Shown: positions 35,234 to 45,805 of the stretch, in pieces
Position numbering within the stretch: position 1 is the first letter of the stretch
Layout: every line of letters begins with the position of its first letter
DNA from: Desulfatiglandales bacterium
GTDB taxonomy: Bacteria; Desulfobacterota; DSM-4660; Desulfatiglandales; Desulfatiglandaceae
DNA: 64,000 nucleotides
Reading direction: 5' to 3'
Assembly: GCA_963662465.1 (NCBI GenBank)
Contig: OY759599.1
Location: forward strand, 4,096,001-4,160,000
Program-made: the position numbers and the translations under genes
The notes under the pieces: model-generated
What the model was told of the DNA's origin: nothing
Seen by the model: only the letters and a program-made list of their open reading frames with translations
The model's database searches: none

Positions 35234-37381
35234 TCATGATTCCGGTATGGGCGCTATCCACTCCCGGCTGAACAAGTGTTTTTTCACGCTGCCCGCGGCC
35301 ATTTCCCAGATTTGCCAGGCCTTGTGGCGACTGGTGATATTGATGCGACTGCCGATGGCCCCCGGGGGCGCCGGGGCATCGATCTGCTGCTGAATTACCA
35401 TGAGGTCATGGGGCCCACGAATGGGTGCATCGGGCGCCTTCCCCCCAGCGGGGTAGCCGCGCACGACCGCGTAAGGCAACAGGAAGCGATGGGTTTCGGC
35501 CTTTGAGCGAAACTTCTCCGGCGTCCAAACCACCCGACCCGCCGTGGCCTCGATGACGGCCGTATCGAAGACGCCCAGCGGCGCATCAAACACGGATAGA
35601 AAGCTGGACAGGGACAGGAACACCGTCAATACGGCGGTTGCGCTGCACATGGCGGTCCAGCGGGGTTTTGCGATGGCTGTCACCGCAAACGCGATACTAC
35701 CTACCACCAGTGGGAAGTGCCACCAGGAGAAGGCCTGGATGCCCACTTCGCGCGCCAGCAGCAACGAGATCCATCCCGTGGACAGCAGCACCGCGATGAC
35801 GCCGGCCAGTGATATTACGAAAGCATAGCGCCCCACATGATCGCAACGCGTCGCCATCAGCACCGCCAGCGCGGGCATTCCCTCCAGCAGATAACGTCCG
35901 CTGCGCTGACTGGGAATGCAGAACACGATGAAGATGGCAAACACCCAGATCCATAGCAGTCTCTCCTCATCGAGCAGGGAGCCACGGTGCTTCCAGCAGA
36001 CCACCATCAGACCGAACAGGGGAAAGGCCAGCAGACCGGCGTTGAAGAACCAGCTGCCGCCGAGACTCCAGACACTGTCGCCACTCCACAGCAACCCTTT
36101 GATCCAGGAACCGACGCCGCTCCCCATTTTGCCGACATTCTCCCCCATCACGAACTCGCGCCAGATGGCCGCGGGGTCGGGATCGAACACGAACCACAGG
36201 GAGAACATGCCCAGGGACAGCAGGGCCATCCAGATGATGCCCGGCAGTGAGTTGCGTAAGAATACGCCCACGCGCCACCCGCGCACATGCAGGTGCCACC
36301 AGGACAGCCCCACGCCGATGGGCAGCAGTTGGGCAAAACTCTTGGTCAAGAGCGCCATGCCTGCCAGTACACCCAGGATAGTGGGGAACAGGAAGCGCGA
36401 ATCAAAGGATCGCGGTTTCCACCAGAGCATGGTGAAAAAGCATGCAAACACCCAGAATGTTTCAGGTGGATTGGTCAGATAGGGCCGTCCGTAGCGATAG
36501 GTGCTGAAGAAGGCCAGATAGAAAAGGGCCGCCAGCGCTCCCTTGAACAGGTCGCGCCCGGACAGCCGCCACCCCAGCAGGCCGCAGAGCAGCGCTGTTC
36601 CGAAGGTCCACATTACGCTGGGCCAGCGCAACGCCACCACCGACCAGTGACTTCCCCAATCAGTGCTGACCAGCCCCTGCCAGAACAGCAGGGGCGGTTT
36701 GGTATTGCGCATGCCCGGGATGCCCTGCAGGGGCAGCCACTGCCCGGCCATGCCGGTCATGCGCGTGAGATGCATGTACACCAATTCGTCGCCGTTGCGA
36801 AGGATGTGCAGTGACCCCAGACCATGCAGATAGGTACACAAACCGAAAATGAGCCCGCTGATGGTCAGCGGCATGGCAAATCGCGCCCGCTCCAGTTGCC
36901 CGGTTTCGGTGGCAATGTTATCCGTGGACACATGGCGATAGGTCCACAGATCATTTAAGATGAAGTTGGCTACGCATCCCACGCCGATGCCGAATAGATT
37001 GGCCGGCAGGTAAAGCATCCACCGTGTCAGCAGATTGGTGATGGTCACCTGCATGACGATGGCGACCCAGTTGGCGGCGGCGTACTGCAGGTACTGATGC
37101 ACAATGGGCAGCTCCTGCGCGCGCTCGCGATCCTTCCAGGTCCACCGGCGGTTCCAGTGGAAGTTGTTGGTCATACTCAGCAGGATGCCGACGGCCATGG
37201 AGAGGTTGAGACGAAGAGAGAGGTTCAGAAGGGTCGTAAACACATGCTCGTAGCATATCCAGATGGCCGCCTGATTGATGACAATACCGCTGATCCCCAC
37301 GATGCCGAACTTGAAGAAGCGGTGACGCCGGCGCCAACTCCACGAGGTTGCTGAAAGAATGGAATCTAAGGGTCCGTTCAT
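35234..37381 (-). CDS. GtrA-like flippase domain fused to an ArnT/PMT (GT-C) glycosyltransferase
   Basis: FFKFGIVG, NNFHWNRRWTWKD, NFILNDLWTY (GtrA); GDE..Y, KPPLLFW, LLTKS, RYLL (GT39/ArnT). Confidence 0.75.
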   Translation of the reverse strand: MNGPLDSILSATSWSWRRRHRFFKFGIVGISGIVINQAAIWICYEHVFTTLLNLSLRLNLSMAVGILLSMTNNFHWNRRWTWKDRERAQELPIVHQYLQYAAANWVAIVMQVTITNLLTRWMLYLPANLFGIGVGCVANFILNDLWTYRHVSTDNIATETGQLERARFAMPLTISGLIFGLCTYLHGLGSLHILRNGDELVYMHLTRMTGMAGQWLPLQGIPGMRNTKPPLLFWQGLVSTDWGSHWSVVALRWPSVMWTFGTALLCGLLGWRLSGRDLFKGALAALFYLAFFSTYRYGRPYLTNPPETFWVFACFFTMLWWKPRSFDSRFLFPTILGVLAGMALLTKSFAQLLPIGVGLSWWHLHVRGWRVGVFLRNSLPGIIWMALLSLGMFSLWFVFDPDPAAIWREFVMGENVGKMGSGVGSWIKGLLWSGDSVWSLGGSWFFNAGLLAFPLFGLMVVCWKHRGSLLDEERLLWIWVFAIFIVFCIPSQRSGRYLLEGMPALAVLMATRCDHVGRYAFVISLAGVIAVLLSTGWISLLLAREVGIQAFSWWHFPLVVGSIAFAVTAIAKPRWTAMCSATAVLTVFLSLSSFLSVFDAPLGVFDTAVIEATAGRVVWTPEKFRSKAETHRFLLPYAVVRGYPAGGKAPDAPIRGPHDLMVIQQQIDAPAPPGAIGSRINITSRHKAWQIWEMAAGSVKKHLFSREWIAPIPES

Positions 37382-38604
37382 AAGATGATAGGAGAAATGG
37401 CGTTTCTTTTTAGTAACGCGCAGGCCTTGTCCAGCACTTCATCAGGGCCGATGGCTTTAAGACAGACATTGTCTCCGTCGCACGGCGATTTTCGATGGTT
37501 ATAAGCGGTAACACATGGCGAACAGGGCAACGGCACATAAAGACTGACGGTCTTTTCACCCAGCGGACCATACAGGGCCGGGGTCTCCGGGCCAAAGAAA
37601 ATAATGGCCGGCATCGGCGTCAGCGACGCAAAATGCCCGGGTCCCCCGTCGTTGGTAATGAGAAGGGATGCGGAATGAAAAAGGGTGATCAATTCCGTGA
37701 TGGTTCGGGTATAACCGGTGAGATCAATACAATACCCGCTTTGACACCGTGACGAGATGACTTCCGCCATGGGCGCGTCTTCTTTCATGCCGATGATGCC
37801 CACAACATATCCTTTGGCAAGCAAGCTCATGGCAATGGTGCAAAAATTGTCCAAAGGCCATGCCCGTATGGGAAGCAGGCCGCCTCCCGGATACAGCAAG
37901 ACCAGATCTTTTCCGATGATTTCAGGAAAATCTTTTTCGAGCCTGACCTTCAAGTCTTTTTGTTGATCCGCATTGGGCGTTATGGTTGGGATATGAAAAA
38001 CGTCATCGTCCACGTTCTGTTTTACCATGGGGAAACCCTTCGGATTTTCCATGGCCTGGGCCAATGTCACAAACTGCCGGGATATGTGTCGGTAGGGGTT
38101 GTAGAGAACGGGCCGATTGATAAAATCGCCCCGGTAAAGACCCTCCTGGGTATGCGGATGAAATCCTACGCGCAAGTCTGCGCCGCTCAGAAACGCGTAC
38201 AGGCTGCTGACCCTCGAAAAGAGTTCACAGTCGATCACCCCATCGATTTTTTCTTTTCGCATCTTTAATATAAACCGGATGCTGTCTGTAAACAATGCCG
38301 TCAGCGAATCCCCATCAACGGTCAGGATGTTTCTTTTCGGAACTAGGTTAAGGGTTTCCAGGCATTCCCGGTTCTTTTTAAATACCAGTACCCATATTTC
38401 GGCGCCCGGGTGATGTTTTTTTAAATAAGCAAACATGGGGTGGGCCAGCACAAGGCTCCCCATTTCGGAGAGGAGTATGACCAGAATTTTGGGCGATGAC
38501 GGTGGGGTTCCCGTCCTGTCTTTCTTTCCCGGAAGCAGGGAAAACAGACGGCAAAGGGCTTTGCCGAATACCCTGTCTATTTTTCGTTGAATCTCGATAT
38601 TCAT
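37378..38604 (-). CDS. Glycosyltransferase family 9 (LPS heptosyltransferase-like)
   Basis: KILVI.LSEMGSLVL..P, R.WPL.NF, DLTG.T, LITNDGGPGH.A, FFGPETP, C.PC..CL. Confidence 0.85.
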   Translation of the reverse strand: MNIEIQRKIDRVFGKALCRLFSLLPGKKDRTGTPPSSPKILVILLSEMGSLVLAHPMFAYLKKHHPGAEIWVLVFKKNRECLETLNLVPKRNILTVDGDSLTALFTDSIRFILKMRKEKIDGVIDCELFSRVSSLYAFLSGADLRVGFHPHTQEGLYRGDFINRPVLYNPYRHISRQFVTLAQAMENPKGFPMVKQNVDDDVFHIPTITPNADQQKDLKVRLEKDFPEIIGKDLVLLYPGGGLLPIRAWPLDNFCTIAMSLLAKGYVVGIIGMKEDAPMAEVISSRCQSGYCIDLTGYTRTITELITLFHSASLLITNDGGPGHFASLTPMPAIIFFGPETPALYGPLGEKTVSLYVPLPCSPCVTAYNHRKSPCDGDNVCLKAIGPDEVLDKACALLKRNAISPIIL

Positions 38605-38643
38605 GATTTTGTCGAAGGCCTTTACCTTCAGCCTTCCTCCTGT

Positions 38644-40293
38644 TTAATACACCGCGAAAACGAAATAGTTATCGGTATCCGTAAAGCTGGGAGCGGGCAG
38701 TCGGTCTTTGTAGTTTTCAAAGTGATCCTTGATCAGGACCAGAATTACCGGACGTTTTCCCGCGTTTTCCCGTATCATTTCCCGTAGCATGTCATCACTT
38801 AAAAATTTTCCCGGTTTATTGTCGTCATGTTTCAGACCATAGGTGAGTTCGCCGGTTTTTTCCACCACTTTTACGTCATCCCGTTTGAAAAACCAGCAAA
38901 CCGCGCGAATGACATTATCATTGGACACCAGTATGGCATCGGACGTTGCCCGGAATAGATTGCGTTGGAGAAGCTTTCCGGGTGTTCTGCGGTCCATGGC
39001 GCTGTTGGGAACGGCAAAATTCGCCATAATAAAAAACACCAGGATGCCGGTACTGTAAAAAACCAGTTTCTTCCGATAGTCTTTCATCCGGGTGGACCCT
39101 ATTGCCAAAAAGGCCCATAAAAAGGCCCCCAGAGAACCCAGCAACCATTTACCGGCTTCATCCGAATCATAAATTCGGATCGCTTCATAAGCGCTGAGAC
39201 CCGAGAGCAGAAGAAACAGACCCCCCAGACCGCACAGGATGGCCAAACCCCATGCGGCAACGGAAAATGCCCGTTTTTTTCCAATTTCAAAGTACGCCAC
39301 AAGACCGATGGCAAAAACGATTGCCAGGGGTGGAAAACATGGCAGAATATACGGAATCAGCTTGCCGCTGCAAATGGAGAAGAAAAGGAAAGGGAAGAGT
39401 AACCAGCACACGGCAAAGCGTATGAGCGGATTTTTCATTTCGAATTTGAGAACCCCTGGGAGTGCCGCCGGGCTCTGAATAACCCATGGCAGGGCGCCGC
39501 CTATCAGAACGGGCAGAAAATACCAGAGGGGCTTCGGATGTTGTCCGCGGACCGGATTTACAAATCTTGCCACATGCTCCGTCCAGAAAAAATAGTGCCA
39601 GAAATCCCCTTCCCGAAAATGAATCATCAAAGACCAGGGCAAAACGATCACAAGAGCCGTTATTATGGGAATCCATGGTATCCTGAAAAGATCTTTATAA
39701 CGGCCCTCCCAGACCAGGAACGGCGCCACCGTCAGCACGGGCACGGCGAAGGCCAAAAACCCCTTGGTAAGAAAGGCAAGCCCGCAGAAAACGCCCATGA
39801 GGGCGAGAAAAAACGTTTTTCGTCGCCAATTTTCCGCCATGTGCGCAAAGAAAAAGCAGACCAGGGAACCGGTCAGGAGCATGGACAGCAGGCTGTCCAA
39901 AAGATTGAGGTGACCGATGGCCAACACGATAGGACAGGTCAAAAAGATGGCGGGGACCAGGAAGGCGGTCGGTCCCCCGCGTGAAAACCTTCTGACCAAC
40001 AGAAAAATCATGAGGGCGGAAATTATTACGGATAGGGCCGAGGGTATCCGCAGGGCAAAGGCATTCTCGCCGAAGGCGATCATACTGACGGCGTTCGCCC
40101 AGTATCCAAAGACCGGTTTTTCAAAATATTTCAACCCGTTCAGGCGGGGAACAACCCAGTCTTTCGAAGTCAGCATTTCCCTGGGTATCTCCCCGTACCG
40201 GGTTTCGTCCGGAATGGTCAGCGGACGAAAACCTAAGAGCAGGATGTAGGCGAACAGGAAGAGAACGAAAAGTGTAATGGAAACTCTTTTCAT
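38644..40293 (-). CDS. arnT: Lipid A 4-amino-4-deoxy-L-arabinose transferase-like protein
   Basis: PDETRYGEIPREM, P.LNGLKYFEKP, FLTKG, EH..RF, GKL.PYILPCFPPLA. Confidence 0.85.
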   Translation of the reverse strand: MKRVSITLFVLFLFAYILLLGFRPLTIPDETRYGEIPREMLTSKDWVVPRLNGLKYFEKPVFGYWANAVSMIAFGENAFALRIPSALSVIISALMIFLLVRRFSRGGPTAFLVPAIFLTCPIVLAIGHLNLLDSLLSMLLTGSLVCFFFAHMAENWRRKTFFLALMGVFCGLAFLTKGFLAFAVPVLTVAPFLVWEGRYKDLFRIPWIPIITALVIVLPWSLMIHFREGDFWHYFFWTEHVARFVNPVRGQHPKPLWYFLPVLIGGALPWVIQSPAALPGVLKFEMKNPLIRFAVCWLLFPFLFFSICSGKLIPYILPCFPPLAIVFAIGLVAYFEIGKKRAFSVAAWGLAILCGLGGLFLLLSGLSAYEAIRIYDSDEAGKWLLGSLGAFLWAFLAIGSTRMKDYRKKLVFYSTGILVFFIMANFAVPNSAMDRRTPGKLLQRNLFRATSDAILVSNDNVIRAVCWFFKRDDVKVVEKTGELTYGLKHDDNKPGKFLSDDMLREMIRENAGKRPVILVLIKDHFENYKDRLPAPSFTDTDNYFVFAVY

Positions 40294-40679
40294 GGGGTGA
40301 CCCTCTCAGGCTTTCCAGGATAAAAAAGAATGTTTTCCGGGTATGCCATCCAGTCTTTCCAGCCTGGAGACGTTTTTTGGAACAATCGGGACATTGTCGA
40401 TTTGGATTAAGCCTTCGAGAAGTTTTCCAAAGGAGAATAAATTCAATTCCGTTTAGACGCACCGCCCATAGAAAGGTAAGGTGATAAGAAGGTGCTTTTT
40501 TGGTTGCGGAGTATAAAGAAATCCCTGGGGTGGGTCAAGGGGAAAAAACTCATTTTGGGTTTCTTCTAATTCTCTTGTGATCGGTGTCATAGCATCGGGC
40601 GAGATCATTCTTCACTTGAGATTTATGCCCATAACAGATAAACTCCTTCAATATGGCATAAAACAAGGAGGGCGAAACC

Positions 40680-41795
40680 ATGGGGATGGACAATATCATT
40701 TTCCTTGAAGTGATCGAATGGTTTGACGAAACCGGCAAGGAACTGGTTCACAGAATCCCTGAAACAGGCTCGGGGGAAATCAAATTCGGCGCTCAGTTGA
40801 CGGTACGGGAAAGCCAGGCCGCCATCCTCTTTTACAAGGGCCGGGCATGCGATGCTTTCGGACCCGGACGTCATACCTTAAAAACCGCCAATATCCCCAT
40901 TCTCACCAAGATCCTTTCCGTACCATGGGCCATGACCAGCCCCCTCCGGGCGGAAGTTTACATGGTCAACATGAAGGTCTTTCCCAATCTAAAATGGGGC
41001 ACCCGGGAACCGGTGGCCTTCAGGGATTCGGAATTGGGCCTCGTTCGACTTCGGGCTCACGGCGTCTTCAATATCCAGATCCTTCAGCCGCTTCTTTTCA
41101 TCAACACCATGGTGGGCACCATGGGGCAGTTCACCACGGAACAGATCGCGGAATACCTGAAACGGGTCATTGTGTCCCGGTTTAACGACCATCTGGGGGA
41201 GCACCTGGACAGCCTTTTAAACCTCCCAGGCACCTACGATGAGCTCTCAAACGGGCTTCAGGGAGCCCTCAAGACCGATCTCAGCCATTTTGGTCTGGGC
41301 CTGACCCATCTCTACATCACCTCCATAACGCCGCCCCCCGAAGTCCAGGCCACCATCGACGACAAAAGCCGGCTGAACATCATTCCCGACCTGGATCGGC
41401 TGGTAAAACTGAAGGCGGCCATGGCCATGGAAAAAGCCGCCGCATCCCAGGGAGAAGCCGGGGCCGGACTGGGCATGGGCATGGGATTCATGATGCCAGC
41501 CATGTTCGCGGACGCGTTCAGGCCACAGGGAAATGCCACGCCACCGGAAACCTTCTGCCCGGATTGCAAACGACCCGTGTCCAAAGATGCCAAATTCTGC
41601 CCTCACTGCGGCCACCAGCAGCTGGTCTTCGCCCAATGCGGAAACTGCGGCAAAAATCTGCCACCCAATGCCCACTTCTGCCCCAGGTGTGGACATCGGA
41701 CCGATGAAAAACCAAGAGAAAAAATCTGCTCCCACTGCAAGGGAGCAAACCTGCCCGATGCCGCGTTTTGCAATCAATGTGGTGAAAGGCTATAA
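40680..41795 (+). CDS. SPFH domain (YdjI-like) protein with C-terminal zinc ribbons
   Basis: GAQLTVRESQ.A, FGPGRHTL.T.NIP, LKWGT; three CxxC...CxxCG ribbons. Confidence 0.85.
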   Translation: MGMDNIIFLEVIEWFDETGKELVHRIPETGSGEIKFGAQLTVRESQAAILFYKGRACDAFGPGRHTLKTANIPILTKILSVPWAMTSPLRAEVYMVNMKVFPNLKWGTREPVAFRDSELGLVRLRAHGVFNIQILQPLLFINTMVGTMGQFTTEQIAEYLKRVIVSRFNDHLGEHLDSLLNLPGTYDELSNGLQGALKTDLSHFGLGLTHLYITSITPPPEVQATIDDKSRLNIIPDLDRLVKLKAAMAMEKAAASQGEAGAGLGMGMGFMMPAMFADAFRPQGNATPPETFCPDCKRPVSKDAKFCPHCGHQQLVFAQCGNCGKNLPPNAHFCPRCGHRTDEKPREKICSHCKGANLPDAAFCNQCGERL

Positions 41796-41807
41796 TCCGG
41801 GAATCGC

Positions 41808-43034
41808 ATGGGTTTTTTGGTCAAACAGGAATGCCCCCAGTGCGGCGGGCCCGTTGAACTGGACGAAACCGACCACATCCTTCAATGCCCTTACTGTGAT
41901 GTGAAAAGCTTCCTGTTTTCCAGCGAACCGTTCCGTTTCGTGCTTCCCCACAAAACGCGGAACAAAGAAATTCTGTATGTCCCCTATCTCCGCTTTCGGG
42001 GCGTTGTTTATATGTGCCGGGCCCGAAAGGTGAGTCACAAAATCATGGATATCACCCAACTGGCCGTTCCCCTCAAACGTTTCCCCGTTTCCCTTGGACT
42101 GAGGCCCCAAGCCATGAAAATGAGCTTTGTGAGTCAGGACACCGAAGGCGCATTTTTTAAATGCTTTCTCAAAACATCGGATATGCTGGCCCGGACGGAA
42201 AAACAATCCTCGACCGCCGTTTCAGATGAAATTTTTCACAGGGCCTATGTGGGAGAAGCCATCAACCTCATCTACCTCCCCCTCTACGTGGAAAAGGGCG
42301 CTCTTTTTGACGCCATCACTCACACTCCCGTGGCTCGACTGCCCAGGGACAGGGAAAAATTTTCATCCATCACCGAAAATGTTCCGTCATGGAACCTCAC
42401 CTTTCTGGCCACCCTGTGTCCCCGGTGCGGCTGGAACCTGGAAGGCGAGAAGGACAGCGTCGTCCTGACCTGCGGGAATTGCCAAACCGCCTGGGAAGCC
42501 CAACGGGGACGATTTGTTTCCGTCGATTTTCGCGTGGTCTCGGATCATCAGCAGGGTATTTCATATCTCCCTTTCTGGCAAATGTCCGTTCGAGCCGAAG
42601 GGGTCGCCATCGACTCCTTTGCCGATTTTATGCGGGTTACAAACCAGCCAAAAGTCATTCAGAAAAAATGGGAGGATCAAGGCATGGACTTCTGGGCGCC
42701 GGCCTTTAAGATCCGGCCCAAGCTGTTTCTGATCATCTCAAGCCGCCTGACCCTGGCGCAGAAGCAGTCGAAAGGTAAAAAGGAATTCCCGAATCAAATC
42801 CGTCATCCGGTAACCCTGCCCCTCTCCGAAGCCATTCAGGGGATCAAGGTGACGCTGGCGGCATCCACCGTCAATAAAAAAGACATTCTGCCCAGGCTTC
42901 CCGAAATCAACATGGCGGTGAAAAAAGCGACCCTCGTGTACCTCCCCTTTGAACACACCGCACACGACATGATCCAGACCCATACGGGGCTTGCCATCAA
43001 TAAAAAATCCCTTGAATTTGGACGATACCTCTAA
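41808..43034 (+). CDS. Zinc-ribbon hypothetical protein
   Basis: CPQCGG...CPYC and CPRCG...CGNC; repeated Y(L/V)P(F/Y/L) motifs; operonic with the SPFH gene. Confidence 0.75.
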   Translation: MGFLVKQECPQCGGPVELDETDHILQCPYCDVKSFLFSSEPFRFVLPHKTRNKEILYVPYLRFRGVVYMCRARKVSHKIMDITQLAVPLKRFPVSLGLRPQAMKMSFVSQDTEGAFFKCFLKTSDMLARTEKQSSTAVSDEIFHRAYVGEAINLIYLPLYVEKGALFDAITHTPVARLPRDREKFSSITENVPSWNLTFLATLCPRCGWNLEGEKDSVVLTCGNCQTAWEAQRGRFVSVDFRVVSDHQQGISYLPFWQMSVRAEGVAIDSFADFMRVTNQPKVIQKKWEDQGMDFWAPAFKIRPKLFLIISSRLTLAQKQSKGKKEFPNQIRHPVTLPLSEAIQGIKVTLAASTVNKKDILPRLPEINMAVKKATLVYLPFEHTAHDMIQTHTGLAINKKSLEFGRYL

Positions 43035-43049
43035 GGCGGCAAGCCGCGG

Positions 43050-43112
43050 TTTTAGGTTTTAAGTTTTAAGTAAAAATACGAAACCGGATCATCAAACTTA
43101 AAACTTAAAACC
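43050..43112. repeat. Heptamer tandem repeats in inverted arrangement (hairpin)
   Basis: (TTTTAAG)n ... (CTTAAAA)n after the gene stop. Confidence 0.55.
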
Positions 43113-43230
43113 CATTGACATAAGCGCCTAAGCTGTGATCTATTCTTACTGGTTTACCTCTGATTAGGTTTCAGGTGAACAATTCAATCTTGCCTGAAAA
43201 AAATGCAACGGTTTCTTGAGGAGAACAAAC

Positions 43231-43761
43231 ATGAAATATCCGGCAATTTTTCTTTTGGCAGTGTGTGTTCTAACTTCCCCCGCGTGGGCTGGATTAGAGG
43301 TGGGACAAACCCCCAAAGCGGTTGAACTGAAAGGCGACCTCGGCGGGCGTCTGGACGGCAGTCCCTGGAACAGCAAGGAGTTGACCGGAAAAGTTCATGT
43401 GATCTTCTACGCGGATCCCGATGAAAAGGATCTCAACAACGACACCAGCGACGCTCTTCGGGCAGAAAATTTTCCACGGGAAAAATACCAGTCTTTCGCC
43501 ATCATCAATATGGATGCCACCTGGCTGCCCAATTTTGCAATCTCCTCCGCACTGGAAGAAAAACAGAAACAGTATCCCAACGCCATCTATGTGAAGGACT
43601 ATGACAAGATCCTGGTCAAGGAATGGGGTCTGGCCGACGACAACAACGATGTTCTGGCCTTTGATAAGAATGGAAAATTAATCTTCATGAAAGCCGGAAA
43701 GCTGACCCCCGAAGATATTCAAAAACTGGTGGGGTTAATTCGCGAAAACATGAGCAAGTAA
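43231..43761 (+). CDS. ytfJ: YtfJ family periplasmic protein
   Basis: Signal peptide, PWNSKEL.GKVHVI, FP..KYQS..IIN.D, W.L. Confidence 0.7.
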   Translation: MKYPAIFLLAVCVLTSPAWAGLEVGQTPKAVELKGDLGGRLDGSPWNSKELTGKVHVIFYADPDEKDLNNDTSDALRAENFPREKYQSFAIINMDATWLPNFAISSALEEKQKQYPNAIYVKDYDKILVKEWGLADDNNDVLAFDKNGKLIFMKAGKLTPEDIQKLVGLIRENMSK

Positions 43762-43773
43762 TGCCATAAATCC

Positions 43774-44169
43774 ATGACATCTGTTAAAATAAAACCCATC
43801 GGCATCGTTCGATCGAGCCTGAAAAATCGCCGGGACTGTCCATTCCAAGAAAAGGAAGGGGCGCCTGAAGCATGGATTGAAATTGATCCGGCATATGCCG
43901 ATGGCCTCTACGGATTGCAACCGGGCGATGAAATCATCCTGTTCACCTGGATGCACCTGGCCAATCGCGATACATTGCAGGTCCATCCCAGAGGGAACCG
44001 GGAAAATCCCGTCAAGGGTGTGTTTGCCACCCGTTCCCCCAGCCGACCCAACCCGATCGGTTTTCACCAGACGCGCATTGTCAGCATGGCAGAGCCATCG
44101 AAGATCAAAGTACAGGCACTTGAAGTAGTTGACCGAACCCCGGTTTTGGACATCAAACCCGTTATCTGA
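43774..44169 (+). CDS. tsaA: tRNA m6t6A37 methyltransferase TrmO/TsaA (single-domain form)
   Basis: IKPIGIVRS, GVFATRSPSRPNPIG, D.TPVLDIKP. Confidence 0.88.
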   Translation: MTSVKIKPIGIVRSSLKNRRDCPFQEKEGAPEAWIEIDPAYADGLYGLQPGDEIILFTWMHLANRDTLQVHPRGNRENPVKGVFATRSPSRPNPIGFHQTRIVSMAEPSKIKVQALEVVDRTPVLDIKPVI

Positions 44170-44216
44170 AGGTGATACGTTGTTACGTAACGAAGAGCGA
44201 AAAACCAAACACTAAT

Positions 44217-44927
44217 ATGGAAAAAATTTCTTCTAAAACATACAATAAATACATTAAGGCCCTGACGGATATCAGCAGGGCCATCACTTCCGATCTTTAC
44301 CTGGAAGATATCCTGAAATTGATCGTCCTGGTAACCGCCAAGGTGACCGGCGTCGAAATCTGCTCCCTCTGGCTCATTGATGAAAGTCAGTCCCCGAAAA
44401 TGATTCGGCTGAAAGCAACCCAGGCCATTGAACCCGAGTATGTGAAGGACAGGTCCCTCAATATGGATGAAGGGGTTGTGGGGTTCGTGGCGACCCATAA
44501 CCAGCCCCTGATCCTGAAAAATGTGCTGGAGGAACCTCGATTCAAGGAAAAAGAAATGGCCGGGAAGCTGGGCCTTGTTTCCATGGTCAGCGTTCCTCTT
44601 GAAGTCAAAAATGAAAAGGTCATCGGCGTTCTCAACTGTTTCACCTCGGAACCCCATGAATTTCTGGAAACAGAAGTCAATCTGATTAAAGCGGTGGCCA
44701 ACCAGGCGGCCGTGGCCATTCTGAATACCCAGTTCATGGTGCAGACCAAGGTCATCCAGGAAGAACTGGAGGCGCGCAAACTGGTGGAACGCGCCAAGGA
44801 AGTCCTCATGAGACAACGCAACATGACCGGGGAACAGGCCTACCGGTGGATGCAAAAACGCGCCATGGATTCCCGTAAATCCATTGGGCACATCGCCGAG
44901 GCGGTTCTACTTTCCGACGAAATCTAA
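44217..44927 (+). CDS. GAF-ANTAR RNA-binding antiterminator
   Basis: GAF (EGVVGFVA, SMVSVPL, VIGVLN, ANQAAVAI) and ANTAR (LEARKLVERAK.VLM....M....AY..MQK.AMD). Confidence 0.9.
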   Translation: MEKISSKTYNKYIKALTDISRAITSDLYLEDILKLIVLVTAKVTGVEICSLWLIDESQSPKMIRLKATQAIEPEYVKDRSLNMDEGVVGFVATHNQPLILKNVLEEPRFKEKEMAGKLGLVSMVSVPLEVKNEKVIGVLNCFTSEPHEFLETEVNLIKAVANQAAVAILNTQFMVQTKVIQEELEARKLVERAKEVLMRQRNMTGEQAYRWMQKRAMDSRKSIGHIAEAVLLSDEI

Positions 44928-44956
44928 AAATCTAATCACAATCCAGACGTGGAAAG

Positions 44957-45440
44957 GGGGACGTTCGTCAGATTATAAGTTGCGATTTTATTTTTCATTT
45001 GATAAAGTGATTTTCTGCCAAGAAAAGCCCGCATAGATGCCCCAGGAGCGCTGCACCACGTTATTGTCAGGGGGATAGGCCGTCGAAAAGTGTTTATTGA
45101 TGATGACGACGACCGGGATTTTTTTGTTGAACGGTTGGGGAAAATTGTTTCTGATACGGAAACACAATGTTTTGCGTGGGCGCTGATGCCCAATCATTTC
45201 CATTTGCTTTTGAAAACCGGTATTATCCCTGTCTCTACGGTCATGAAACGCCTTTTAACCGGTTACGCCATGCACTATAACCGGAGACACAAGCGGTATT
45301 GGGCGTCTGTTTCAAAACCGATACAAGTCGATCCCCTGCCGGGAAGATTCATATCTATTTGAATTGACTCGCTATGTGTATTTAAACCCGCTTCGGGGAA
45401 AATTGCTATCTGATATAAAGGCGTTGGGCAACCATCCTTA
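44957..45440 (+). pseudogene. Truncated copy of the Y1/RAYT-like transposase element
   Basis: Left IR GGGGACGTTCGTCAGATTATAAGTT; ATG changed to CTG; frameshifts; near-identical to 50458-50938. Confidence 0.85.
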
Positions 45441-45665
45441 TTCGTTTCATTTGCTTCTCCTTGTTTTTGTCATTCCGTTTAAGATTTTTTAATCGTAAAG
45501 GCGCGCCTTGCATGTGTCAGGTATCTAAGCATGAAATGTGCCAAAGTAGTATATTGATTCATTCCAACAGCTTAATGGAAAGATAAGCGATTAATGGGAT
45601 CAAAAGCCCGATAAATTTGTCGACGAAAACGGCCTTTGTCGTAATGAAGAGGATGATTTCACTTT

Positions 45666-45729
45666 GTAATTACGTAATCAGGGTAATCTGCGGAAGGGCA
45701 GGATCCGATATGCAGAACAAAGAATTTTG
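45666..45729 (+). repeat. 64-bp intergenic direct repeat (second copy 61013-61076)
   Basis: GTAATTACGTAATCAGGGTAATCT.CGGAAGGGCAGGATC.GATATGCAGAACAAAGAATTTTG, 2 mismatches. Confidence 0.85.
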
Positions 45730-45805
45730 TTGGTGAATCATATTCGATTGAAGTAAAGTAACAACTGTCAAGAAAAATACTGACCTCCAGAATGGCACGA
45801 TCCTT

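Noticed and set aside
44064..44891. 275-aa minus-strand ORF
   Set aside because: Antisense shadow of the GAF-ANTAR gene
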